A stretch of 64,000 bases of DNA from Candidatus Foliamicus sp. (GTDB lineage: Bacteria; Pseudomonadota; Gammaproteobacteria; Steroidobacterales; Foliamicaceae), in assembly GCA_965221325.1 (NCBI GenBank), contig OZ244880.1; one strand, given 5' to 3'. A program made the translations under genes and the position numbers. The notes under the pieces were generated by a model. The model had not been told where the DNA came from. It ran no database searches and worked only from the letters and a program-made list of their open reading frames with translations. Positions 8,834 to 18,429 of the stretch are shown here, one piece after another (the first letter of the stretch is position 1; each line of letters begins with the position of its first letter).

Positions 8834-11232
8834 ATATGATAAAAAAATTAACTTATACTATTATTATATTGTTATCTTTTATAATAGTGATATCCATAGC
8901 TGGCTTGCTCTGGCTGCGCAGCAGTAATCTGCCGGAGCGGAGCAGGCATATCAGCGATGCCCGCGTGCTGGGAATTCTCGACAGTGCGGCGACCGTAAAA
9001 CGCGACCGGCAGGGAGTTCCCTACGTATATGCCGATTCCCTGGCGGATGCGATTCGCATCCAAGGCTTCGTAACGACGCAGGACCGTCTGGCGCAAATGC
9101 TGCTTACGCGCGAGCTCATTCACGGCAGGTTGGCGGAGCAGATCGGGGAAGCGGGCGTGTCCAGCGATCGGCTGTTCCGAGTCATGGGCCTGAGCCGCAT
9201 GGGCCGTCTGTGGGCGCAGCAACTCCAGTCCCCTAGCCGCGAGCTTCACGAATGGTACCTCGAAGGCGTCAACGCCTATATTGCAACGCAGCAGCACGAA
9301 TTCCCACTGGCGGTTCGGCTGGCTCCGGAACCGCCGGCGCCATTCACGCTGGAGGACCTCGCCACGCAATACCTGTTCCTGGCCTTCAACAGCTCCTCGA
9401 ACTGGCGCACCGAGCTTTTGAGCCAGGCCCTCGTGGATCGCCTTGGGCGCGACAAGGCAGCGGAAATAGCCATGCTTACCGTCAACCCCGACGACAACAG
9501 CGAATGGGCCTCCGATTACCGGCTTGCGGACAATTCCGCGGATAGCGCGCCTGCGAAATTTGCCGAACTGCCCGAGCTCACCGACGGATCGAATAGCTGG
9601 GCCATGTCCGGCACTCGCTCGGCGCGAGGCGCGCCGATTCTGGCCAACGATCCGCACATCGATGTGCGCCGGCTGCCCGGAATCTGGCATCCGGTGGCGC
9701 TTATCACGCCCGAATGGCGAGCGGTAGGCGCGGCGGGTGGCGGTCTTCCAGGGCTTGGCCTGGGACGTTCGGACCAGCTGGCCTGGGGCGTGACCAATGC
9801 CTACTCCGACGTAATGGATCTGTTTATCGAGCAAGACGATCCCGCGCGCCCGGGGCATTACCTGGAGGGCGAGGAATCGGTGGCATACCGCGTGGTGACG
9901 GAAGTTATCCGGGTGCGCGACCGCGGCGCCCCGAGTGGTTACCGTGAAATTCCACTGACTATCCGTCACACCCGCCGCGGCCCGGTCATTTCGGATCACG
10001 AGCTCAGCAATGACGATGGCCGCATTTATTCGCTGCGCTGGAGCATGGCGGAGAACATCGGCGAGCAGGTGGGGGTGGAGCGCGTGATGCTGGCCGCCGA
10101 CGTCAGCGAAGCCGGCCGCGTCATCGCCGAAATCAATGCGCCCTACAACTATACGGTGGCCGATGTGCAGGGCAATATCGCCCATTTCACGGCCGGTCCG
10201 ACACCTATCCGGCTGCGCGGCGATGGCGCACTGCCGGTTCCGGTTACCGGCGCCGACGATGCGTGGGGCGGCTTTATTCCCTTCGATCAGGCTCCCGCTT
10301 CGCGCAACCCGGCCAAAGGTTGGGTAGGGAACGCCAACCACCGCACGGTGGCTGGCCAATTCCAGGGAGTGTGGACGACCTATGCCGCATCGTCCTGGCG
10401 TTACCGCCGGATGCAGGAATTGTTCGATCCTGCCGTTCAGCTCTCCGTGGAAGATCATTGGAGAGCGATCAACGACACCCTCAATCCCATGGCGCGGGAC
10501 CTCGCCCCGTTAATGGTTACGGCGCTGCGGGCGGACTCGGAAACCCGGCAAGCCGCAGAAATCCTCGAGAAATGGGACTATTTCGACGAACCCGATCTAG
10601 CCGCGCCCGCGTTGTTCCAGGCCATCATGCAAAGCCTTGTCCTGCGCATCTTTGCCGACGAATTGGGGTACGAATTGGCGCGTCGCTATGCTGCCGACAT
10701 CTACTACTGGCAGGAACGCCTGCAAAGGATGCTGCTGGCCGGTGAATCGGAATGGTTTGACGACGAGGCAACCGACCAAATCGAAAGCCGCGACGACATG
10801 CTGCGGGCGGCGGCTCGCGACGCCTGGCTGGAGCTTACGGCGCGTCTGGGGCCTGAGCCTGGCGCCTGGCGCTGGGGCGACCTGAGCCGCTTCCGATTCC
10901 GCAATCCCTGGGTTCCGGGCCAACTGGCGGACCGGCTGCTTGGGGGCGGCGACTACCCCGGCCGCGGTTCCGGAGAAACATTGGGACGGGCGCGCTTCCG
11001 CGGATTGGGGGACTACGATCCACGGGTGATCGACTCCGCGCGGTTCCTGGCCGACCTGGGCGACCCCGACAAGGTATTGGGCGTGATCCCGGGCGGAACC
11101 AGCGCGCGCCTGTTCGATCAGCATCTGAACGATCAGTTGCCGCTGTGGCTGTCGGGGGAGATCAACTACTGGTGGTTTTCCGATGCAGCCATTGCTGCCA
11201 ACACTCGCCATGAGATGAAGTTCGCGCCGTGA
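8830..11232 (+). CDS. Penicillin acylase family (S45) Ntn-hydrolase with N-terminal membrane anchor
   Basis: RDRQGVPYVYA, GF..QDRLAQM, processing site DG|SNSWAMSG, ILANDPH, GVTN, NANH. Confidence 0.9.
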   Translation: MNMIKKLTYTIIILLSFIIVISIAGLLWLRSSNLPERSRHISDARVLGILDSAATVKRDRQGVPYVYADSLADAIRIQGFVTTQDRLAQMLLTRELIHGRLAEQIGEAGVSSDRLFRVMGLSRMGRLWAQQLQSPSRELHEWYLEGVNAYIATQQHEFPLAVRLAPEPPAPFTLEDLATQYLFLAFNSSSNWRTELLSQALVDRLGRDKAAEIAMLTVNPDDNSEWASDYRLADNSADSAPAKFAELPELTDGSNSWAMSGTRSARGAPILANDPHIDVRRLPGIWHPVALITPEWRAVGAAGGGLPGLGLGRSDQLAWGVTNAYSDVMDLFIEQDDPARPGHYLEGEESVAYRVVTEVIRVRDRGAPSGYREIPLTIRHTRRGPVISDHELSNDDGRIYSLRWSMAENIGEQVGVERVMLAADVSEAGRVIAEINAPYNYTVADVQGNIAHFTAGPTPIRLRGDGALPVPVTGADDAWGGFIPFDQAPASRNPAKGWVGNANHRTVAGQFQGVWTTYAASSWRYRRMQELFDPAVQLSVEDHWRAINDTLNPMARDLAPLMVTALRADSETRQAAEILEKWDYFDEPDLAAPALFQAIMQSLVLRIFADELGYELARRYAADIYYWQERLQRMLLAGESEWFDDEATDQIESRDDMLRAAARDAWLELTARLGPEPGAWRWGDLSRFRFRNPWVPGQLADRLLGGGDYPGRGSGETLGRARFRGLGDYDPRVIDSARFLADLGDPDKVLGVIPGGTSARLFDQHLNDQLPLWLSGEINYWWFSDAAIAANTRHEMKFAP

Positions 11233-13874
11233 TGCGGCCGGCGGTCATCGGCGGACTTGTGGCCGCCACAGCGCTAGCGACGCTGCCGCAGATACAAGCT
11301 GAACTGCCGTCGGGATCGGTGCTCTGCGACACGGGCCTTTACGAGATTCGCGCCGGATACGAAACCGCCCGAGCCAATGCCTGCCAGGTAACAGCGCCAC
11401 GTGGCGTGGTCTTGACCATAGAGCCGGAAGATGCGCCGCCGATCAATCCCAGCCCATGGTATGGCTTTCACGTTCGCCCGAAAGCGGTCGTGGAGTCCGG
11501 CAGCGTTGTGGTTACTTTGCGATATAGCGATAGCGGGCACCGCTATTGGCCGAAGATCAGCAGCGATGCGTTGCACTGGGAGCCTCTGGCCAAACGCCAC
11601 TGGCTGGCGCATGAGGACGGCCGGGCCACGATGGAACTCAAGCCGGGCCCCGAGGGGTTGTTTGTTTCGGCACAGGAAATGGTGGGCCTGGAGTTCTATG
11701 CGCGCTGGCGGCGCACTATGGCGCAGCGCTTCGGGAGCCTTGAATGGGATATCTTGGGCTATTCAGAACAGCAGCGTCCACTTTTCCTGGCTCAGACAGC
11801 ACCGGATGCAGCGCAGCACTTGCTCTTGATAGGACGCCAGCATCCGCCCGAGGTGCCCGGAGCATGGATGTTCCTGGCCTTCGCCGAATCCCTGCTAGGC
11901 GCGCGCGAAGAGGCCTGCATCGACGCGCAAAGCCCGACTTGCCGATTCTTTGCGCGGCACAACGTGATCCTGATCCCCAATCTCAATCCGGACGGCGTGG
12001 CCGGCGGGCACTGGCGACACAACAGCAGGGGCGCCGACCTGAACCGGGATTGGGGGCGGTTCGAGCAAGCGGAAACTCGCGCTGTCAAGGATTTGGTGGA
12101 TCGGCTGGAGGATGATGGGGGCCAACTGGCCTTGATGCTGGACTTTCATTCCACTTGGAAAAACGTGTTCTACGTTCCGACGCTGAAAGAGACCACCCTG
12201 CCGCCTGCTTTCAATTCCCGATGGCTGCGGCTGGCCCGTTCCAGCGGCGACGCATACGAATTCGAAATCGCGCCCAGAGCATCGGGAAACGGCGAAATCG
12301 CCAAGAACTGGTTCTACCAGCGTTTCGGAGTTCCCGCCATCACGGTGGAAACGGGAGACGAAACGAACCGCGCCGAAATCGAAGCTACGGGCCGCGCCCT
12401 GGCAGACGCCTTGATTTCCGTGCTGGGCGGAGGAGAGGGCGCCCTGGCCCGACGTCGTGGCGCCTGGTGCCCGGATTTCTTCTGCTACCTCGTGCAGGCA
12501 AACAAGGCATCTTTGGTGATGCTGGCCGAGCAGGAACTTGTCAGCCGCCAGAACGCGGAAAACATCGCCGTAGCGATAGCGCGGCTGGAAATCGAGCAAC
12601 AGGCCGCTGGTGCACCGCGGACTCCCAACTACCTGGATTTCGAGCAACGCCTGGTGGAAATGGCCGGCGAAGAGGCCAGCAATCTGCACCTTGGCCGTTC
12701 CCGGCAGGATCTGCACGGGGTAGTGCGCCGTATGCTGATCCGCGACCGCTGGCTGGAGCTGGCCGAAGCCGGCTTGACCGCGCGCTTAGCGCTGCTGGAT
12801 CTGGCCGAGCAGGAAGCGATGACCCCCATCCCGGCATATACCCACGGCGTGCAGGCCCAGCCCACCACGCTGGGCCATTTCCTGCTTGCTTTCTCCGGTC
12901 AGCTTGAACGCGACGGCGACCGTTTCAGGCAAGGCTATGCGCGCATGAACGCGAGCCCGCTAGGCGCGGCCGCGCTCGGCACTTCCGGGTTTGCAGTCAA
13001 TCGGGAACGGCTGGCGCAACTGCTGGGATTTGCGGCGCCCGTGGACAACAGCTACGACGCCAATTTCGTTTCCTCGGGGGACTTGCGCCGCGAGTTGGCC
13101 GTGATCCTGGCCCTTTCGGCCACCTCGATCGGGCAACTGGCCGAAAATCTTCACACCCAGTATCACAACCCGCGGCCCTGGATTCTGCTTGACGAATCGG
13201 CCACGAGCATCAGCACGATCATGCCCCAAAAGCGCAACCCGCGCCCGCTGGACCGTGTGCGCAGCCAGGCCACCCGGGTTGTGGGCGGCGCGCACACACA
13301 AATCCTTCTCGCGCACAACGTCAATACCGGGATGCACGATTATCGCGCTCTCAAACCGTTTACCGACCTGGCCGATCAGGCTAAGCTCATGTACCGGCGG
13401 TATGCGGAATTGATCGGATCGCTGCGCGTTGACCGCGAACGGGCGCTGGAGGAATTACGCTCCGGTTATTCGACCATGACGGAAGTCGCCGATGTCCTGG
13501 TGCGCGAAGTGGGCCTTCCCTTCAGGACCGCGCACCGCTACGCCTCTGCGCTTACTGATCTCGCGCGGGCCAAGGCGAAGCGCGCCAGCGCACTGAGCGA
13601 CGAGGAGCTCGCGGACACCTACCGGGATGTGATCGGAAAACGTCTGCCAACCGCGCCGGACAAGCTGCGGCAGGCCATGGACCCCGTTGCGCTGCTTGCA
13701 GCGCGCCAGGGCAGGGGTGGCCCGCAACCCGAAGAGGTGCAGCGGATGCTCCGTGAGCATCGCGCTGCCGCGACACAGCACCGGGAGTGGCTGGAAGCAG
13801 CCCATGAGGAGCTGTTGCATGCGTGGCTGGAGCTGCATACCGCCTTTGCGGCGTTGGCGCCAGCGGAGCGCTGA
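11229..13874 (+). CDS. Fusion protein: signal peptide + M14 Zn-carboxypeptidase domain + argininosuccinate-lyase-superfamily (C-N lyase) domain
   Basis: M14 motifs: GRQHPPE, NLNPDG, RHN..GADLNRDW, LDFHST, TVETG. Lyase motifs: HLGRSRQD, PAYTHGVQAQP, STIMPQKRNP, PFRTAH. One uninterrupted ORF. Confidence 0.85.
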   Translation: MMRPAVIGGLVAATALATLPQIQAELPSGSVLCDTGLYEIRAGYETARANACQVTAPRGVVLTIEPEDAPPINPSPWYGFHVRPKAVVESGSVVVTLRYSDSGHRYWPKISSDALHWEPLAKRHWLAHEDGRATMELKPGPEGLFVSAQEMVGLEFYARWRRTMAQRFGSLEWDILGYSEQQRPLFLAQTAPDAAQHLLLIGRQHPPEVPGAWMFLAFAESLLGAREEACIDAQSPTCRFFARHNVILIPNLNPDGVAGGHWRHNSRGADLNRDWGRFEQAETRAVKDLVDRLEDDGGQLALMLDFHSTWKNVFYVPTLKETTLPPAFNSRWLRLARSSGDAYEFEIAPRASGNGEIAKNWFYQRFGVPAITVETGDETNRAEIEATGRALADALISVLGGGEGALARRRGAWCPDFFCYLVQANKASLVMLAEQELVSRQNAENIAVAIARLEIEQQAAGAPRTPNYLDFEQRLVEMAGEEASNLHLGRSRQDLHGVVRRMLIRDRWLELAEAGLTARLALLDLAEQEAMTPIPAYTHGVQAQPTTLGHFLLAFSGQLERDGDRFRQGYARMNASPLGAAALGTSGFAVNRERLAQLLGFAAPVDNSYDANFVSSGDLRRELAVILALSATSIGQLAENLHTQYHNPRPWILLDESATSISTIMPQKRNPRPLDRVRSQATRVVGGAHTQILLAHNVNTGMHDYRALKPFTDLADQAKLMYRRYAELIGSLRVDRERALEELRSGYSTMTEVADVLVREVGLPFRTAHRYASALTDLARAKAKRASALSDEELADTYRDVIGKRLPTAPDKLRQAMDPVALLAARQGRGGPQPEEVQRMLREHRAAATQHREWLEAAHEELLHAWLELHTAFAALAPAER

Positions 13875-13928
13875 GATAGCGGCTTTGCGTCGAAGTGTAG
13901 AATCAACACCTTTCCGGGGGTAGGCAAC

Positions 13929-16928
13929 ATGATCAAACGCAAGACTTTCCCACTGTTAACGGCTTCGATTGTGCTCTTGAGCGGCTACGGTGCGGCGCTC
14001 GCGCAACAAACCGGCGGCGACAGCGCCGACGAAACGGAAATCGAGGAAATCGTGGTGACCGGCAGTCACATCAAGGGCGCCAACATCGCGGGCGCGCTGC
14101 CGGTGTCGGTAATCGGTGCGGAGGAAATCGAGAACACCGGCGTGGATTCCGGCGATGTCCTGATGCAGTTCATCCCCGAACAGGGCCAGAACTATTTCAA
14201 CGAAGAGGAGAACATCAGCGGCGGAGTGAATTCAGCGCGCGGCGACATCGGCGCTTTCAACCTGCGCAACCTCGGCACCGGCAATACCCTCGTGCTCTTC
14301 AACGGCCGCCGGGTCGTGAACGCCGCCAGCTACCAAACGGAAGAGGTGGGCGGAAGTTTCGTTCCCGTCAATACGGCCAACACGCAAACGATCCCGATTT
14401 ATGGCATGGACCGCCTGGAAATACTCAAAGACGGCGCCTCGGCGCTGTATGGCGCCGATGCCGTGGCCGGCGTGGTCAACTACGTGGTCAGGGACGAAAT
14501 CGACCATGCCCGTGTTTATCTGCGCCAAGGCTGGTTCGACAATGTGGGCAGAAACACCCAGCGCATCGGGTTGGAGTGGGGCGATTCGTTCAACGCGGAC
14601 CGTACGCGTGTTGGCCTCCTCGCGAATTGGTATGCCCGCGACCGCATCAGCGCCTCCGAAGACGAGCGCTGGGCCGATTCCGATTTCAGGCGGCGGATAC
14701 CGGAGGATTCCCCGTGGGCAGGCGATACGCGCTTCCGCAACAACAGCGCCAATTCGCTCTACGGCCAGTTCGATGTGCGCGCCAGCGCCCGCAGCACGGG
14801 CCTGCGCAACGTCCTCACCGACTCCAGCGGGGAGTTCGAGACCTATCCGGCGGGGGACCCACGCTGCCAATGGGACCTCGGCTACGGCACTTGCGGTGGC
14901 ATCGACAGCCAGGGCACTTACCGGCGCAACCTCAATGAAACGCGCGACCTTTCGTCGGACCTCAAGCGGGGCACCGCGTTCCTGTTCGTCAACCACACTT
15001 TCGAGAACGGCATGGAGAGCTTTTCCGAACTGCTCTACTACATGTCGGACACGCATCTCTACCGGCACGCTTCGGCGCCGTTCAGCACGGTGAAACTGCG
15101 GGTCGCCGCCGACAACTACTACAACCCTTTCGGCCCGTGCGACTCGCCTAACCGCCTGCCGGATTCCGTGCTGCCCAGCGAGGTGCCCTGCGAAGGCCTG
15201 GAACTGGAGATCGACAACTACCGCTTCGCTGAATTTCCCCGCATTGTCGAAAATGACGGCAGCGTAATTCGAGTGTTGCAGGGGCTGCGCGGCGCGGCCG
15301 GGAAATGGGACTGGGAGAGCGCCCTCGTCTGGTCACGCGCCAAGAAGGAAGATCTCACCCGCAACCGGGTTTCGAACCTGCTGATGGTGGAAGCGCTTGC
15401 GGATCCGACCCCCGCCGCCTACAACCCGTTCAGCGGCGGTGTGGACAGCAATATCGAGCGTGCCCTGGTGGATGTGTACCGGAATAGCGAAACAACACTC
15501 GCCATGGCCGATTTTCAGGTATCGACGGCCGAGTTGCTTGATCTTCCGTGGGGGCCGGCCGGCGGCGTGGCAGGCGTGGAATTCCGGCGCGAGACCTTCG
15601 AAGACGACCGCGACCCGCGGCTGGACGGGACGATCGTGTTTACGGATTTCCAGGGCGACACCTTCCCCTATGTTTCCGATGTCGTGAATTCCAGCCCCAC
15701 CCCCGACAACAGGGGCAGCCGCAATGTTGCCTCGCTGTTTACGGAACTCCAGTTTCCACTCCTGAACAGCATCGACGTGCAATTGGCGGCGCGCTACGAA
15801 AACTTCTCGGATGTGGGCAGCACGGTGGTGCCCAAGGTGGCCGTGGGCTGGCAAGCTGCCTCCTCATTGCTGCTGCGAGGATCCTGGTCGGAGGCATTTC
15901 GCGCGCCCAACCTGATCACGATCAACGAAGTAATCGTCGCGCGCCAGAACACGCGCACCGATTTCACTTGCGCATATGCCGCGGCAAACGGGGGCGATCC
16001 GGACCAGGACACGCTCGATTGCCGCAACAGCACCCAACGCATCGCACAGGGCAGCAAGTTGCTCGAACCGGAGCGCTCCGACAACTATTCGTTCGGACTG
16101 GTGTTTCAGCCGCTGGATACGCTCACCTTGACGCTGGATTGGTGGTCGATCAAAAAAGAAGACACTATCGGTCTGTTGGGTGAAGAAAACCACACGGTGC
16201 TGGACCTTCTGGCCCGCTTGCAGCATGGCGCAGATAATTGCGGCAGCCTCGACGCCAACTCGGCGGTGGTGCGCGAAGCGGAAGTCGGCGATGACGAGGC
16301 GGCAATCTACGCGGCGGCGGGAATCTGCCCTGCGGGATTGATTCGCTATATCGACGACAACTACGTCAACCTCGATACGCGAACACTCAACGGCTGGGAC
16401 GCCAGTTTGCGCTATGCGCTGGATACGCCGGCCGGTGAGTTCCGATTCACCTATCTCGCTTCGTTCCTGACCGATTACGAACAGGTTCCCGGTGGGCAGG
16501 CGGCTGAACTGGTAGCAGCCAAGGATGCCGGCACCTTGCCGGCCAGCATTCCGGTGGCCGGATTCGCCGACCTGCTGCAGAAGGACGGCAACCAGAAAAT
16601 TCGGCAGACGCTGTTTCTCTCCTGGCGTCGTGACCCGCTCAGAATCGGCCTGTCCGCGCGCTATCTGGGAGATTTCTACCAGGACTCGCTGACGCTGGAC
16701 GACGGTACCCGCTACTGGATACCCTCGGTAACCACCTGGAACGGCACAATCGACTACCGCTGGGAAATGACGGATCGCGACTGGCGGCTGCGCCTGGGCG
16801 TCAACAACCTGTTCGACAAGCGGGCGCCTCTTGCTGATCGCTACTTCGGCTTTTTCGCCGATGCCCACCAAGGTATCGAGTACGGACGCAACTTCTACCT
16901 GCAACTTCGCGTAACGCAGCCCGATTGA
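13929..16928 (+). CDS. TonB-dependent receptor
   Basis: Signal peptide, EEIVVTGSHI, NLRNLGTGNTLVLFNGRR, LEILKDGASALYGADAVAGVVN, FRAPNL, LEPERS, GVNNLFDK. Confidence 0.92.
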   Translation: MIKRKTFPLLTASIVLLSGYGAALAQQTGGDSADETEIEEIVVTGSHIKGANIAGALPVSVIGAEEIENTGVDSGDVLMQFIPEQGQNYFNEEENISGGVNSARGDIGAFNLRNLGTGNTLVLFNGRRVVNAASYQTEEVGGSFVPVNTANTQTIPIYGMDRLEILKDGASALYGADAVAGVVNYVVRDEIDHARVYLRQGWFDNVGRNTQRIGLEWGDSFNADRTRVGLLANWYARDRISASEDERWADSDFRRRIPEDSPWAGDTRFRNNSANSLYGQFDVRASARSTGLRNVLTDSSGEFETYPAGDPRCQWDLGYGTCGGIDSQGTYRRNLNETRDLSSDLKRGTAFLFVNHTFENGMESFSELLYYMSDTHLYRHASAPFSTVKLRVAADNYYNPFGPCDSPNRLPDSVLPSEVPCEGLELEIDNYRFAEFPRIVENDGSVIRVLQGLRGAAGKWDWESALVWSRAKKEDLTRNRVSNLLMVEALADPTPAAYNPFSGGVDSNIERALVDVYRNSETTLAMADFQVSTAELLDLPWGPAGGVAGVEFRRETFEDDRDPRLDGTIVFTDFQGDTFPYVSDVVNSSPTPDNRGSRNVASLFTELQFPLLNSIDVQLAARYENFSDVGSTVVPKVAVGWQAASSLLLRGSWSEAFRAPNLITINEVIVARQNTRTDFTCAYAAANGGDPDQDTLDCRNSTQRIAQGSKLLEPERSDNYSFGLVFQPLDTLTLTLDWWSIKKEDTIGLLGEENHTVLDLLARLQHGADNCGSLDANSAVVREAEVGDDEAAIYAAAGICPAGLIRYIDDNYVNLDTRTLNGWDASLRYALDTPAGEFRFTYLASFLTDYEQVPGGQAAELVAAKDAGTLPASIPVAGFADLLQKDGNQKIRQTLFLSWRRDPLRIGLSARYLGDFYQDSLTLDDGTRYWIPSVTTWNGTIDYRWEMTDRDWRLRLGVNNLFDKRAPLADRYFGFFADAHQGIEYGRNFYLQLRVTQPD

Positions 16929-16934
16929 AGCGGG

Positions 16935-16959
16935 CTGGCCGCGCGGGCGTGGCGGCCAG
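16935..16959. terminator. Possible hairpin terminator between convergent genes
   Basis: CTGGCCGC-N9-GCGGCCAG stem; no clear U tract. Confidence 0.3.
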
Positions 16960-16980
16960 AGTTGACAGAAACGGTGGAAT

Positions 16981-17826
16981 TCAGCCGCCGGCCCTGATTG
17001 CGTCGGCCACCATGTCCACGAACTCTGCTTCGCTTTGCACCTGCTGGGCGATGCGCGCCGGCACCGAATAGCCATGATCCGCGGCCAGCTTGGCGTACAG
17101 CGGCCGCCGGTGCGCAACCAGCCGCGGAAACGCCCAGCGCGCAAAATCCTCCGGCGGCGCCTTCGCAACATCATCAAGCTGGCGCTCGCGAAGGAAATCA
17201 GGCAGATAGCGCTGCAGGAAGTTCGGCGAGTAGTACATCGGCTTTGGGTTGGCCCGCGCGCGCTCAACCAATTGCTCCTCGTCTTCCGGTGATGTTTCCA
17301 GGTACAGGATCACGGTGTGGTCCACCAGCGTGCGGATGCCTTCATTCTCTGCGAGCTCGCATATGCTGCCGCCGGCATCGTTGACGAAATGGCGGTAGCC
17401 GTAGATGCGCTCGGCTTTGTCGATGAATGCCGAAACATCCTGCATGGCGCGGGCTTCCGCGTCGCGGAAAAGTCCCTGCCGGCGCAGGAATTCAGCTTGC
17501 GGCAGCCCCCCGCGTTCCGGATCGCCGAGCTGCCCCAGAAAGGTGGAAACGGGCTGCAGGTTGTGTACCGAAATGTTGCTCTCGATATAGATCGAGTCGC
17601 TGCGCAGCAGGTCGCGCAGAAACGGCACTTCCATGGCGCGCAGCTTGATGTTGTCGAGTATCGGCTCGCGCAGATACTGCGTGCCGATCCGGTAGTCGCC
17701 GGAATAGATGAACCAGCGCGTAGCGGGCAAGCGGTTGGCGAGCACCGTCTTGCCCACCCCGGACATGCCCATAAGCGTGACTGCCTTGCGCCGCGCGCGT
17801 CGAAACTCTTCCGGCTGCATCCGCAT
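16981..17826 (-). CDS. P-loop ATPase/kinase-like protein of unknown function
   Basis: GMSGVGKT, YSGDYRIGTQYL, VNDAGGS, PKPMYY. Start placed at ATG 17826 (17820 is an alternative). Confidence 0.75.
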   Translation of the reverse strand: MRMQPEEFRRARRKAVTLMGMSGVGKTVLANRLPATRWFIYSGDYRIGTQYLREPILDNIKLRAMEVPFLRDLLRSDSIYIESNISVHNLQPVSTFLGQLGDPERGGLPQAEFLRRQGLFRDAEARAMQDVSAFIDKAERIYGYRHFVNDAGGSICELAENEGIRTLVDHTVILYLETSPEDEEQLVERARANPKPMYYSPNFLQRYLPDFLRERQLDDVAKAPPEDFARWAFPRLVAHRRPLYAKLAADHGYSVPARIAQQVQSEAEFVDMVADAIRAGG

Positions 17827-17946
17827 CCCGCGATTGTATGCCGTTGCCAAAGCCCGCCTGGCCCCGAAATAGGGCATTGCGGCTTGCACACGGCGGGCGG
17901 GCGTGACTTACAATGGCGGCCCTTGTGAAACTCCGGGAGAACACAG

Positions 17947-18429
17947 ATGAGCATTGAGAAAGGACAGGCGATGCCCGAAGGCGACTTTGGCGTCATGACC
18001 GATAGCGGGCCGGGGCGTATGACTACCGGCGAGTTGTTTTCCGGCAAGAAAGTCGTGCTGTTTTCGGTGCCCGGCGCGTTCACGCCCACTTGCTCGAACG
18101 AGCATCTTCCGGGCTACGTGAACAATGCCCAGGCCCTGCAGGCCAAGGGCGTCGATCAAGTCGCCTGCATGGCGGTGAACGATGTGTTTGTGATGGATGC
18201 CTGGGGGCGTTCTGCCGGCGCCGGCGATACCGTGCTTATGCTGGCCGACGGCAACGGCGATTACACGCGCGCTTTGGGCCTGGAACTCGACGCTAGCGGG
18301 TTCGGCATGGGCATGAGAGGCCAGCGCTTCTCGATCGTGGTCGATGACGGGGTCGTTACGGAATTGAACGTGGAAGAAGGCGGTGGCTTGAGCTGCTCGT
18401 CGGCGGAAGCGGCACTCGAACAACTTTGA
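17947..18429 (+). CDS. Peroxiredoxin (Prx5/AHP1 type)
   Basis: VPGAFTPTCSNEHLPG, VNDVFVMDAW, ADGNG. Confidence 0.92.
   Translation: MSIEKGQAMPEGDFGVMTDSGPGRMTTGELFSGKKVVLFSVPGAFTPTCSNEHLPGYVNNAQALQAKGVDQVACMAVNDVFVMDAWGRSAGAGDTVLMLADGNGDYTRALGLELDASGFGMGMRGQRFSIVVDDGVVTELNVEEGGGLSCSSAEAALEQL

Noticed and set aside
12480-13874. Calling the lyase domain argH
   Set aside because: It is fused to an exported peptidase, lacks the ArgH N-terminal motif and has a divergent region 1, so no symbol was assigned.
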